From positions 3,753,632 through 3,817,631 of the forward strand of contig CATNEN010000012.1 of NCBI GenBank assembly GCA_950097015.1: a DNA stretch of 64,000 nt, in the 5' to 3' direction. Below, one piece after another: positions 40,426-51,611 of this stretch. The position numbers were made by a program, and so were the translations under genes. The first letter of the stretch is position 1. Every line of letters begins with the position of its first letter. The notes under the pieces were generated by a model. That model did not search any database and was not told the origin of the DNA. It saw only the letters and a program-made list of their open reading frames with translations. This DNA comes from Macrostomum hystrix (lineage: Eukaryota; Animalia; Platyhelminthes).

Positions 40426-42779
40426 TCAGCAGGTGCTGGCTCCGGCAGACACAGCCAGTCGCGGCTCGAACACAATCCGATGCTCCAGTGGAGCCCGAAT
40501 GCCGCCGCCGTGGCTGGACACCCGGCCGAGCAGTTCGTCCAGGCCGCGCGTCTCGGCCGGATCCAGCCGCAGCTTGAAGCGCTGCATCAGGCCGGTGAAG
40601 AACAGGAATAGCTCCATCCTGGCGAGACTCTCGCCCAGGCACGCCCGCTTGCCTAAGCCGAAGGACACCACGAATTCGCTTGGCGAGAATCGCCCGCTAG
40701 CCGGGTCCAGGTGACGCTCCGGACGGAAGCTGTCGGGCTCAGGGAACAGGTCGGAGCTGTGGTGGATGTTGTAGACATTGTAGGCCACTGCTGAGCCAGC
40801 AGGCAGGCGATAGCCGCTGACTGTGGTCTCCTCAGTGGAGCTGTGCATCACACCCAGCGGTGCCAGGCAGGCGAGTCGCTGCACCTCCTCCAGGGTGGCC
40901 ATTGTGTAGTGCAGCGCAGCTTTGTCCTTTGTGCTGACTGGCCGCTCCGTGCCGATTTGGGCCTGGATCTCCTGAAGAACAGTTTAGAGGCGGGTGATGG
41001 TACACTTGTCTTGTCACTCTAGTCTCCCTGGAACTGTTTGGTCTGTCACTCTAATCTCTCAGGAACTGTTTGGTCTGTCACTCCAGTCTCCCTGGAACTG
41101 TTTGGTCTGTCACTCCAGTCTCCCTGGAACTGTTTGGTCTGTCACTCCAGTCTCCCTGGAACTGTTTGGTCTGTCACTCCAGTCTCCCTGGAACTGTTTG
41201 GTCTGTCACTCCAGTCTCCCTGGAACTGTTTGGTCTGTCACTCCAGTCTCCCTGGAACTGTTTGGTCTGTCACTCCAGTCTCCCTGGAACTGTTTGGTCT
41301 GTCACTCCAGTCTCCCTGGAACTGTTTGGTCTGTCACTCCAGTCTCCCTGGAACTGTTTGGTCTGTCACTCTAATCTCTCAGGAACTGTTTGGTCTGTCA
41401 CTCCAGTCTCCCTGGAACTGTTTGGTCTGTCACTCCAGTCTCCCTGGAACTGTTTGGTCTGTCACTCCAGTCTCCCTGGAACTGTTTGGTCTGTCACTCC
41501 AGTCTCCCTGGAACTGTTTGGTCTGTCACTCCAGTCTCCCTGGAACTGTTTGGTCTGTCACTCCAGTCTCCCTGGAACTGTTTGGTCTGTCACTCCAGTC
41601 TCCCTGGAACTGTTTGGTCTGTCACTCCAGTCTCCCTGAAACTGTTTGGTCTGTCACTCCAGTCTCCCTGGAACTGTTTGGTCTGTCACTCCAGTCTCTC
41701 AGGAACTGTTTGATCTGTCACTCTAGTCTCTCAGGAACTGTTTGATCTGTCACTCTAGTCTCTCAGGAACTGTTTGGTCTGTCACTCCAGTCTCTTAGGA
41801 ACTGTTTGGTCTGTCACTCCAGTCTCTCAGGAACTGTTTGGTCTGTCACTCTAGTCTCTCAGGAACTGTTTGGCCTTTTCACTCCAGTCTCTCAGGAACT
41901 ATTTGGTCTGTCACTCCAATCTGTCAGGAACTATTTTGTCTGTTACTCCAGTCTCTCAGGAACTATTTGGTCTGTCACTCCAATCTGTCAGGAACTATTT
42001 TGTCTGTCACTCCAATCTGTCAGGAACTGTTTGGTCTGTCACTCCAATCTGTCAGGAACTATTTTGTCTGTTACTCCAGTCTCTCAGGAACTATTTTGTC
42101 TGTCACTCCAATCTGTCAGGAACTGTTTGGTCTGTCACTCCAATCTGTCAGGAACTATTTTGTCTGTTACTCCAGTCTCTCAGGAACTATTTGGTCTGTC
42201 ACTCCAATCTGTCAGGAACTATTTTGTCTGTCACTCCAATCTGTCAGGAACTGTTTGGTCTATCACTCTAGTCTCTCAGTAACTTTTTTGGTCTGTCACT
42301 CCAATCTCCCAGAAGTCAGAACCCAGGCTAACGCTGGCAGCCACCATTTTCTTCGCAGCCACTCTCTGTACTGTACCTGGAAGACCCTCTCAGCAACGTC
42401 CGGATTGCGCAACATCATCAGCACGGCCCAGCGCAGCGTATGCGATGTGGTATCTGTGCCGGCCAGAAACAGGTCGGCAACGGCCAGCGTGAGCCTGGCG
42501 TGGTTGAACTTGTCCGGATGGCTAGCCTGGTGCCGCAGGTGGGCTTCGATATAGTCGCGCGGCTGCTGGGCGACGTCGCCATCGAGCTGCATCTCCGCCC
42601 GGTGCTGGTCGGCCTGTTTGGCGCAGAAGGCGAACAGCTCGCCGAACAGATCCAGTCGGCTGCGCCGGAGCCACAGAGCCAGGCGGGCCAGTGGGCGAAG
42701 CGCCTGTCAAATCAGTGAAGGTTGGACGTCAGGGTGTCCAATGCAATTAGCCGGTTGCTGAAATATTTGATAAGGGCCC

Positions 42780-42836
<57 letters not shown>

Positions 42837-44657
42837 TGCAGAAGGACTGCGGGCAATGGCACATCGTTTAGTGACACTAGACCCGCAGCCAGCGAGGAGG
42901 CAATTCTGCCCATTTCGCTGACTCCTGAGCACACACGCACAGATACTGTACGCAGGCACACACACTTACACAGGTGTGTACATCTGCCCTGACTTTTTCA
43001 TCGTCAGGCAGTGTACTCTTCACTGTTCCTTGGAGGTTGGCTCTCAAGGGCGTAAACTGCACGACAAGCCCCCAAGCCTTCTCTCCGCGGCAGCGCCCCA
43101 ATCTATTGTGGCCTCACAGAGGAATCGAGCTCAGGGACCGTGTGCGAGAGGCAAACGCGATAACCACTCTGCCACCGACCCCCTTGATAAAGGCCCTATA
43201 CCTGCATCTGCCTGGCATGCAGAGCTACGATCATGATGAGTGTGCGATTGCTCTGCGATTGGGTCAGCTGGCGGAACACCTGCAGGATGCGGCCGAACTC
43301 CGGGTCCTCAGAGGCCAGCCGCGAGCCAAACACCAGCTGGCAGATGACGTTGCTAACCGCCGTGCTGAACAGCGGCACCGTGTCCAGGGCCGCTCCCGCC
43401 GGCTGCTGGCTGATACTGTCGCACAGGATGGCTGCCTCCTGGGCGATGATTTCCTGCGGGTGATTTTCCAAATGTGGCAATGTCTGATGTGTCAGCGTTC
43501 ATCGCGAATGCTAGCTCATAGCAGACACTAGAGCTAAAGAGCTGGCGGAGTTATGTTTACTTTGCTTAGTCTCAGATCCAGGGGGTTTCCGTGGGCAATG
43601 ACGCATTTATAGCGACAGTCGATCCGCAGCTAGCGTGGAGGCTTTTTGCGTGCAAATTCCGCTGACCTGGGCACGCGGATAAGTTACTTACGAGGTACAC
43701 GCGCACTCACAGAGGGTGTGTACATATGCCATGACTTTTTCATCCTCAAGCAGTGTACACTCTCACTGCACTGGAGATTAAACTTCATCGGGGCTGAGTG
43801 ACAGCAGTCTAGCGTGTTTCCACCTCGCACCGAGGTCCCTGAGCTCGATTCCACGGCGAAGCCACATTCGCTGGGGCGCAGCCGCAGAGAGAAGGCTTGG
43901 AGGCTTGTCGTGCAATTCACGCCCTTGAGAGCCAACCTCCAAGGCACAGTGCGAGTGTACACTGCCTGACGATGAGAATGTCAGGGCAGATGTACACGTG
44001 TGTGAGTGTGTGCCTGTCTACGTATGGGCAGATCAGCCTCAATGACTCAATGAGCTCAATGACTTTAGTGCGCGAAGTCTAATACGTAACGGTATAGCAA
44101 GGTATAGCGAACAGGCCCCTCTACTACGAGGATAAGTTAATCTCAGGTTTTGGCTTTCTGTAGTTCTGTAACCTTGCATCGCATCTCTTTCAGTGGTAAG
44201 TCCTTCCGGTTTGTCACAACCGAAGACCAACCTCGGCGCCCTGCCTTCCGAAGCCGAAATCGCGCAGCGTCTTCAAGCTGAAGCGGCGATAATCCCGCCA
44301 CTGCTCGCCGCTGCTGGTGATGATTCCGCCCCATTCGCCAGTGAGCTCCTTCAGCATGATGGCGGCAGGCCTTGCTAGAAACTTGTCGCCCTGCGTCACC
44401 ATGGCCTCCTTCATGGCGGCGTGCGTGTTCAGGATGTAGAGCGTCTCGAGGCCGTAGTGCAGCGCCACCACCGGCTCGTGACGATACTTGGCCTCGCTCA
44501 GGAACTCCTCCATTGGTTCGGCGACGAATGGCGAACTGCCTAGTAGCGGCAGCCAGCCAGGCGATGGCGGCGACTTGCCTACGGCGAGGCTGCGGCGAAC
44601 GAGCGACGCAATCATGAGGCAGGCCAGGCCCGTTAGAAACAGAACAGCGATCAGCAT
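40426..44657 (-). CDS. Cytochrome P450, clan 2 (CYP2-like), 516 aa
   Basis: Exons 44232-44657, 43202-43453, 42377-42703, 40426-40971 (all phase 0). TM anchor + PPSP hinge, WRDYRR C-helix, AGTDTT I-helix, EEVQR (ExxR), PER, FGLGKRACLG haem motif. Confidence 0.95.
41005..42310. repeat. 32-bp minisatellite filling CYP intron 3
   Basis: Unit ggaactgtttggtctgtcactccagtctccct; variant types segregate along the array. Confidence 0.97.
42784..43183 (-). mobile_element. Full-length tRNA-derived SINE (400 bp) with (ATT)n tail and 17-bp TSD
   Basis: A-box TGGCAGAGTGG, B-box-like GAGCTCGATTCC, ~18 ATT repeats; TSD ttgataa(g/a)ggccctata at 42767-42783 and 43184-43200. Confidence 0.92.
43695..44018. mobile_element. 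Two SINE pieces in inverted orientation in CYP intron 1
   Basis: Minus-strand body fragment 43695-43775 followed by plus-strand head+body 43788-44018. Confidence 0.8.
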
Positions 44658-45299
44658 TCTAACAAATGATGAGCACTTCTAGTACGAACTCGACCGGTTT
44701 TTACTCTGGAGTTATTTATGCGTTCAATTTTGTCCTCGAGTGAAAACTATTCCATTTTTTATCTGTTCGGACTGAATGCGAGTGAGTGTGAGACGAGGAG
44801 TCGTGAGAAAGACCATGGACAGTTTTTTACATGGAGCCACGGCGCGATGTTCCTTCGAAACCATGTCAGACAGACTTGCACAGTGAGCTAACGAGCATAG
44901 CCACATTTAAAAATTCTTTTCAAAATCATGATTTGCGCATAATACCTGTTAGCACACACATTTGTCAGATTATATGCCCTTATCTAACTCTTGCTTTGAT
45001 ACTGTCCAATACAGCTAGCTATTCATGCACTATACGTTTTTTTAAAAGCGTCAATGTACTCATGTTGCATGACATTACACTTTTTTACACGAAATGCTTA
45101 AAAGGCAGCTTTGTTTCGGCAGGGTTTAGCAAAAAAAGCATGCGCCGATATGTCGAGAAATTAATTCCGTCCAACTCCCACGGCCGTCCGACTTGGAAAC
45201 CACACAAAGCATCTCTGACTCAAAGTTCGACTTGCGCGCTTTATTGCCATCCAAAGAATGTTGGTGGCATGTGGTTGATTGCTAGGAATTAGAGAATTT

Positions 45300-46275
45300 C
45301 ATCCCTCCCCTGTCTCAAATATCCCTGTCTCATCCCTCCACTGTCTCATCTCTCACATGTCTCATCCCTCCACTGTCTAATCCCTCACCTGTCTCATCCA
45401 TCCACTGTCTCATCCATCCACTGTCTCATCCATCCACTGTCTCATCCATCCACTGTCTCATCTCTCACCTGTCTCATCCGTCCCCTGTCTCATATCTCAC
45501 CTGTCTCATATCTCACCTGTCTCATCTCTCCCCTGTCTCATCTCTCCCCTGTCTCATCCGTCCCCTGTCTCATCTCTCACCTGTCTCATCCCTTCCCTGT
45601 CTCATCTCTCCCCTGTCTCATCTCTCACCTGTCTCGTCTCTCCCCCTGTCTCATCTCTCACCTGTCTCATCTCTCCAATGTCTTATCTCTCCCCTGTCTC
45701 ATCCCTTCCCTGTCTCATCTCTCCCCTGTCTCATCTCTCACCTGTCTCATCCCTTCCCTGTCTCATCTCTCCCCTGTCTCATCTCTCACCTGTCTCGTCT
45801 CTCCCCCTGTCTCATCTCTCACCTGTCTCATCTCTCCAATGTCTTATCTCTCCCCTGTCTCATCCCTTCCCTGTCTCATCTCTCCCCTGTCTCATCTCTC
45901 CCTTGTCTCATCTCTCACCTGTCTCATCTCTCGTCTGTCTCATCCGTCCCCAGTCTCATCCCTCCAGTGATTTGACTTACTTAGCTGTCCGAAGACTCAG
46001 CGGGGAAGCGGCAGTCACCCATTCCGCTAATCCCTGAAAAGCCCGCTTCAACCGAAAATTTGCTCAAAAAGGTGGCTGCGGGCGTGAGGCATCGCAGACC
46101 TTAACTTGCAGGCCTGGTCTGACTCATACTCACTGGCGTTGTGCCCCTCCAGTGTCTCATCTCTCCCGTGTCTCATCCGTCCCGTCTCATCTCTTGCCTG
46201 TCTCATCTCTCCCTTGACTCATTCTCTCCCCTGTCTCATCTCTTCTCTTACTGATCTGTTTCCTGTCTCATCTTA
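45300..46275. repeat. ~17-18-bp pyrimidine-rich minisatellite, interrupted at ~45970-46145
   Basis: Unit ctgtctcatctctc(a/c)c. Confidence 0.9.
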
Positions 46276-46752
46276 ATTCTAACTGTCAATCCGACTGACT
46301 ACACTACTCTTGACTAACATCCTCCATCAAACATCCACATTAAATCTAACATCCTCTAATTTAATCTAACATCCTCTCATTATATCAAACATCCTCATTA
46401 AACCTTACAGTCTCATTAAATATTATATCCTCATAAAAATTAGGACTTATTCTGTCTGGTTTTCGAGTCAGGCAAGCGCGCGGCTCGCCTAAAATAGACT
46501 TAAACTACTTCTTCACATAAGTACGTGCAACATAGTTGTTGTCTTACATAGCTGTCTCTCTTTTCATCTGCGTTTAGCTTCGGCTTTAGCTTTCGGTTTA
46601 GCTTTGACGTGAGTCAAAAATTGGCTATTTTTATCTATGATTTAAAGCACTCTAGCCAAAATGCAAAAAATGATGAGAGCCATTTCAGTGATATGCTTTT
46701 CTTTCGTGCATCTATTTTGTGTTTGGAGTGAAAACAGAGACACCCCGCGCCG

Positions 46753-46766
46753 GTTACCAGGGCGAC
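46753..46766. promoter_or_regulatory. Putative RFX X-box
   Basis: GTTACCAGGGCGAC resembles the GTTRCCATGGYAAC-type palindrome; a strong GTAAGT donor lies ~115 bp downstream. Confidence 0.35.
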
Positions 46767-46984
46767 TGTGATTTATAAGTACTAGTATAGGCTGCAGTCA
46801 GCACGGACTGGAAGTTGCCCATACGCGGCCAAGGACACAAGGACACTGAAGCAGTCACCAAGATCCAGGCGCACCATCAAATGTAAGTACTGGGCGTAAA
46901 TACTGGGCAAAAGGCACTTTTTAATAGACAGTACTGCCAACTTAACTTCTGCCAAATCCTGTTCAATCATTTTCCCATCTCTCC

Positions 46985-49205
46985 GCTCGCTCCTCTCTTC
47001 CTTCCGCTCCTCTCTTCCTTCCTCTCCTCTCTTCCTTCCGCTCCTCTCTTCCTTCCGCTCCTCTCTTCCTTCCTCTCCTCTCTTCCTTCCTCTCCTCTCT
47101 TCCTTCCGCTCCTCTCTTCCTTCCTCTCCTCTCTTCCTTCCGCTCCTCTCTTCCTTCCGCTCCTCTCTTACTTCCTCTCCTCTCTTCCTTCCTCTCCTCT
47201 CTTCCTTCCTCTCCTCTCTTCCTTCCGCTCCTCTCTTGCTTCCTCTCCTCTCTTCCTTCCTCTCCTCTCTTCCTTCCTCTCCTCTCTTCCTTCCTCTCCT
47301 CTCTTCCTCTTATCCCGCTCCTCTATCCCCCTATCCCGCTCCTCTATTCCACCTATCCCGCTCCTCTATCCTCCTTATCCCGCTCCTCTATTCCACCTAT
47401 CCCGCTCCTCTATTCCACCTATCCCGCTCCTCTATCCTCCTTATCCCGCTCCTCTATTCCTCCTATCCCGCTCCTCTATCCCCCTATCCCGCTCCTCTAT
47501 CCCCCCTATCCCGCTCCTCTATTCCTCCTATCCCGCTCCTCTATTCCTCCTATCCCACTCCTCTATCCCCCCTATCCCGCTCCTCTATTCCACCTATCCC
47601 GCTCCTCTATCCCCCCTATCCCGCTCCTCTATTCCACCTATCCCGCTCCTCTATCCCCCCTATCCCGCTCCTCTATTCCTCCTATCCCGCTCCTCTATCC
47701 CCCTATCCCGCTCCTCTATTCCACCTATCCCGCTCCTCTATTCCACCTATCCCGCTCCTCTATTCCTCCTATCCCGCTCCTCTATCCCCCTATCCCGCTC
47801 CTCTATCCCCCTATCCCGCTCCTCTATTCCTCCTATCCCGCTCCTCTATTCCTCCTATCCCACTCCTCTATCCTCCCTATCCCGCTCCTCTATTCCTCCT
47901 ATCCCGCTCCTCTATTCCTCCTATCCCACTCCTCTATTCCTCCTATCCCGCTCCTCTATTCCTCCTATCCCGCTCCTCTATTCCTCCTATCCCGCTCCTC
48001 TATTCCTCCTATCCCGCTCCTCTATTCCTCCTATCCCACTCCTCTATCCTCCCTATCCCGCTCCTCTATTCCTCCTATCCCGCTCCTCTATTCCTCCTAT
48101 CCCACTCCTCTATTCCTCCTATCCCGCTCCTCTATTCCTCCTATCCCGCTCCTCTATTCCTCCTATCCCACTCCTCTATTCCTCCTATCCCGCTCCTCTA
48201 TTCCTCCTATCCCGCTCCTCTATTCCTCCTATCCCGCTCCTCTATTCCTCCTATCCCGCTCCTCTATTCCTCCTATCCCGCTCCTCTATTCCACCTATCC
48301 CGCTCCTCTATTCCTCCTATCCCGCTCCTCTATTCCTCCTATCCCGCTCCTCTATCCCCCTATCCCGCTCCTCTATCCCCCCTATCCCGCTCCTCTATTT
48401 CTCCTATCCCGCTCCTCTATCCCCCTATCCCGCTCCTCTATCCCCCCTATCCCGCTCCTCTATTTCTCCTATCCCGCTCCTCTATTCCACCTATCCCGCT
48501 CCTCTATTCCTCCTATCCCGCTCCTCTATTCCTCCTATCCCGCTCCTCTATTCCTCCTATCCCGCTCCTCTATTCCTCCTATCCCGCTCCTCTATTCCAC
48601 CTATCCCGCTCCTCTATTCCTCCTATCCCGCTCCTCTATTCCTCCTATCCCACTCCTCTATCCCCCCTATCCCGCTCCTCTATTCCTCCTATCCCACTCC
48701 TCTATTCCTCCTATCCCGCTCCTCTATTCCTCCTATCCCGCTCCTCTATTCCTCCTATCCCGCTCCTCTATTCCTCCTATCCCACTCCTCTATTCCACCT
48801 ATCCCGCTCCTCTATCCCCCCTATCCCGCTCCTCTATTCCTCCTATCCCACTCCTCTATTCCTCCTATCCCGCTCCTCTATTCCTCCTATCCCGCTCCTC
48901 TATTCCTCCTATCCCACTCCTCTATCCCCCCTATCCCGCTCCTCTATTCCACCTATCCCGCTCCTCTATCCCCCCTATCCCGCTCCTCTATTCCTCCTAT
49001 CCCGCTCCTCTATCCCCCTATCCCGCTCCTCTATCCCCCCTATCCCGCTCCTCTATTTCTCCTATCCCGCTCCTCTATTCCACCTATCCCGCTCCTCTAT
49101 TCCTCCTATCCCGCTCCTCTATTCCTCCTATCCCACTCCTCTATCCCCCCTATCCCGCTCCTCTATTCCACCTATCCCGCTCCTCTATTCCTCCTATCCC
49201 GCTCC
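46985..49205. repeat. Adjacent 17-bp and 22-bp polypyrimidine minisatellites
   Basis: cctctcctctcttcctt (46985-47310), then ctcctatcccgctcctctattc (47311-49205; period 22). Confidence 0.95.
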
Positions 49206-50123
49206 TCATTGCCATCCTCTTTCTCTCCATGTCTCCTTCCCGCTTTTCTAGCCCTCTGTTTCGCTCTTGTTTTGCTTTCATCGTCTTTACTCGCATCTCA
49301 TCCGCATCTCCGTCTCTGCTTTCAGTAACGACTGAGTCAATGCCCCCCTTCCAGATATAATTGACGGTGTAGAAATTGCATTTACAGTACAATTAGCTCT
49401 CTAATAGAGATAAAACTGCACCTCTTCGATTTGTTATTTGTATGATTGTTGTACATTAAGCAAGTGAGCATCTAAAATGAGATTTTCCTCCTCAATACTG
49501 AATTGTGGCCCCTCTGTCCCTCTCTTTGTTAGTAAAACAGAGCTACTAACACAAAAGAAACTTCTGATGAGAGGCTTAAAGTAGGCATTGTGAAATGAGC
49601 TTGCAGGGTAAGACAATAAAACACAGTAGCTAACGATAGAGTACAATTGAATGCGTCTACGAGTTATATAGCAGCTGTAAGAAATTCATTGTGCAGCATT
49701 TGGAGAATTGCATTTAATTCGTTAAGATTTTTGTTGATAATTTTTTTTTCATCATTAGTCCAACTTTTTTAGAGCTAGGCGAGTTCACTTTTAGAGAACG
49801 TGAGTGCAACTACTATAGATAGGAAAATTTACCTGCTAAGAAAGCTATTGTTATCGTGTGACAATTTTCATGGCTATAATATTAATAGCAATAATATTTG
49901 CACCAGATGAGAGGCTCATTATTTGATGACAGTAGATCCACAGCCAGCGAGAGGCAATTCTGCCCATTTCTCTGATCTCTGGGTTCCGGCAATCACACTC
50001 GAGATTCTAGGAATCTCGGTGAACAAGTCGAACGCGTTGCAGCTTCGCCAATCACACCCCAGTCAGAGGGGGGTCGGTGGCAGAGCGGTTATCGCGTTTG
50101 CCTCTCGCACAACGGTCCCGAAG

Positions 50124-50408
50124 GGGGTCGTTTCACAAACCCTAATTTTCACAACGTCGCAAGACACACTTTCATAAGCCCTAAATTTCACAAACCCTAA
50201 TTTTCTCAACGTCGAAAAGCCGTGCACAGAATTTCACAACGTCGAAAACTAAAGTTGCTTCCGACTTCACAAGCCCTAAATTTCACAAGCCCTTAATTTC
50301 ACAAGCCCTAAATTTCACAAGACCTAATTTTCACAAGACATAATTTTCACAACGTCGAAAAGCCATGCACAGAAACTTCAGAAAATTAGGGTTTGTGAAA
50401 GCGACCCC
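50124..50408. mobile_element. MITE-like element with ~28-bp TIRs and internal 16-bp repeats
   Basis: ggggtcgtttcacaaaccctaattttc vs gaaaattagggtttgtgaaagcgacccc (one indel); internal tttcacaagccctaaa repeats; directly follows a SINE head (50067-50122); no TSD seen. Confidence 0.7.
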
Positions 50409-50627
50409 TGTGAAAGATTCTATCTCCATAGTGCTTTTAGGCGTTGTGAAATTTAGGGCTTGTCAAATTTAGGTGTTGTGAAATCTGTGGCATTGCTTAT
50501 TTTCGACGTTGTGAAATTTAGGGCTTACTAGCAAGTTTTGCCCCCCTTCGGGGAGCAGAAATATTTTGATTTCGTCCAGTATACACTTTTTAGCAGCTGC
50601 ATTTTCAGCCTTTTTACGCTACAATGA

Positions 50628-51600
50628 TCAGTTGACAATGATCCCCCAGTTGATAAAGATCCCCCAGTTGACAATAATCCCCCAGTTGACAATGATCCCC
50701 CAGTTGACAATGATCCCCCCGTTGACAATAATCCCCCAATTGATGATGATCACGCAGTTGATTATGATCCCCCAGTTGACAATAATCCCTCAATTGATGA
50801 TGATCACGCAGTTGACAATGATCCCCCAGTTAATGATGACTCCCCATTGATGATGATCCCCAGTTGACAATGTTAACACAGCTGACAATGATCCCCGAAT
50901 TGACAATAATCCCCCAATTGATGATGATCACGCAGTTGACAATGATCCCCCAGTTAATGATGACTCCCCATTGATGATAATCTCCAGTTGACAACGTTCC
51001 CCCAGTTGACAATGTTCCCACAGTTGACAATGATCCCCCAGTTGATGATGATCAACAAGTTGACAATGATCCCCCCAGTTCACAATGATCCTCCGGGTGA
51101 TGATAAACCCCCAGTTGACAATGATCCCCAGTTGACAATGATCCCCCAGTTGACATTGACAATGATCTCCCAGTTGACAATGATCCCCCAGTTGACAATT
51201 ATCCCCCAGTTAACCATGATCCCGCATTTGATGATGACTCCCCAGTTGACAATTATCCCCCAGTTGACAACTATCCCCCCGTTGACAATGATCCTCCAGT
51301 TGACCATGATCCCCCAGTTGACGATTATCCCCCAGTCGACAATTATCTCTCAGTTGACTATGATCCCCCATTGATGGTGATCCCAGTTGACAATGTTCCC
51401 CCAGTTGAACATGATCCCCTAGTTGACAATGATCCCCTAGTTGATTATGATCCCGCATTTGGTGATGTTTCCCCGTGACAATTATCCCCCAGTTGACAAT
51501 TATCCCCCAGTTGCCAATGATCCTCCAGTTGACAATGATCCCCCAGTTGACAATTATCCCACAGTTTACCATGATCCCCCAGTTGACGATTATCCACCAG
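50628..51600. repeat. 18-bp satellite array (unit 1)
   Basis: gttgacaatgatccccca, more degenerate than the other two arrays. Confidence 0.95.
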
Positions 51601-51611
51601 TTCTGGTTTAG

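Noticed and set aside
40994-42554. Cys/Ser-rich ORFs on the plus strand
   Set aside because: 32-bp minisatellite within intron 3 of the minus-strand P450.
47236-49251. 671-aa extensin-like ORF
   Set aside because: Stop-free only because the 22-bp array is C/T-rich; the 22-bp period cycles through frames.
50135-50526. CCCTAAA/TTTAGGG plant-type telomeric motifs
   Set aside because: Isolated heptamers embedded in a 16-bp MITE repeat, not tandem telomere arrays.
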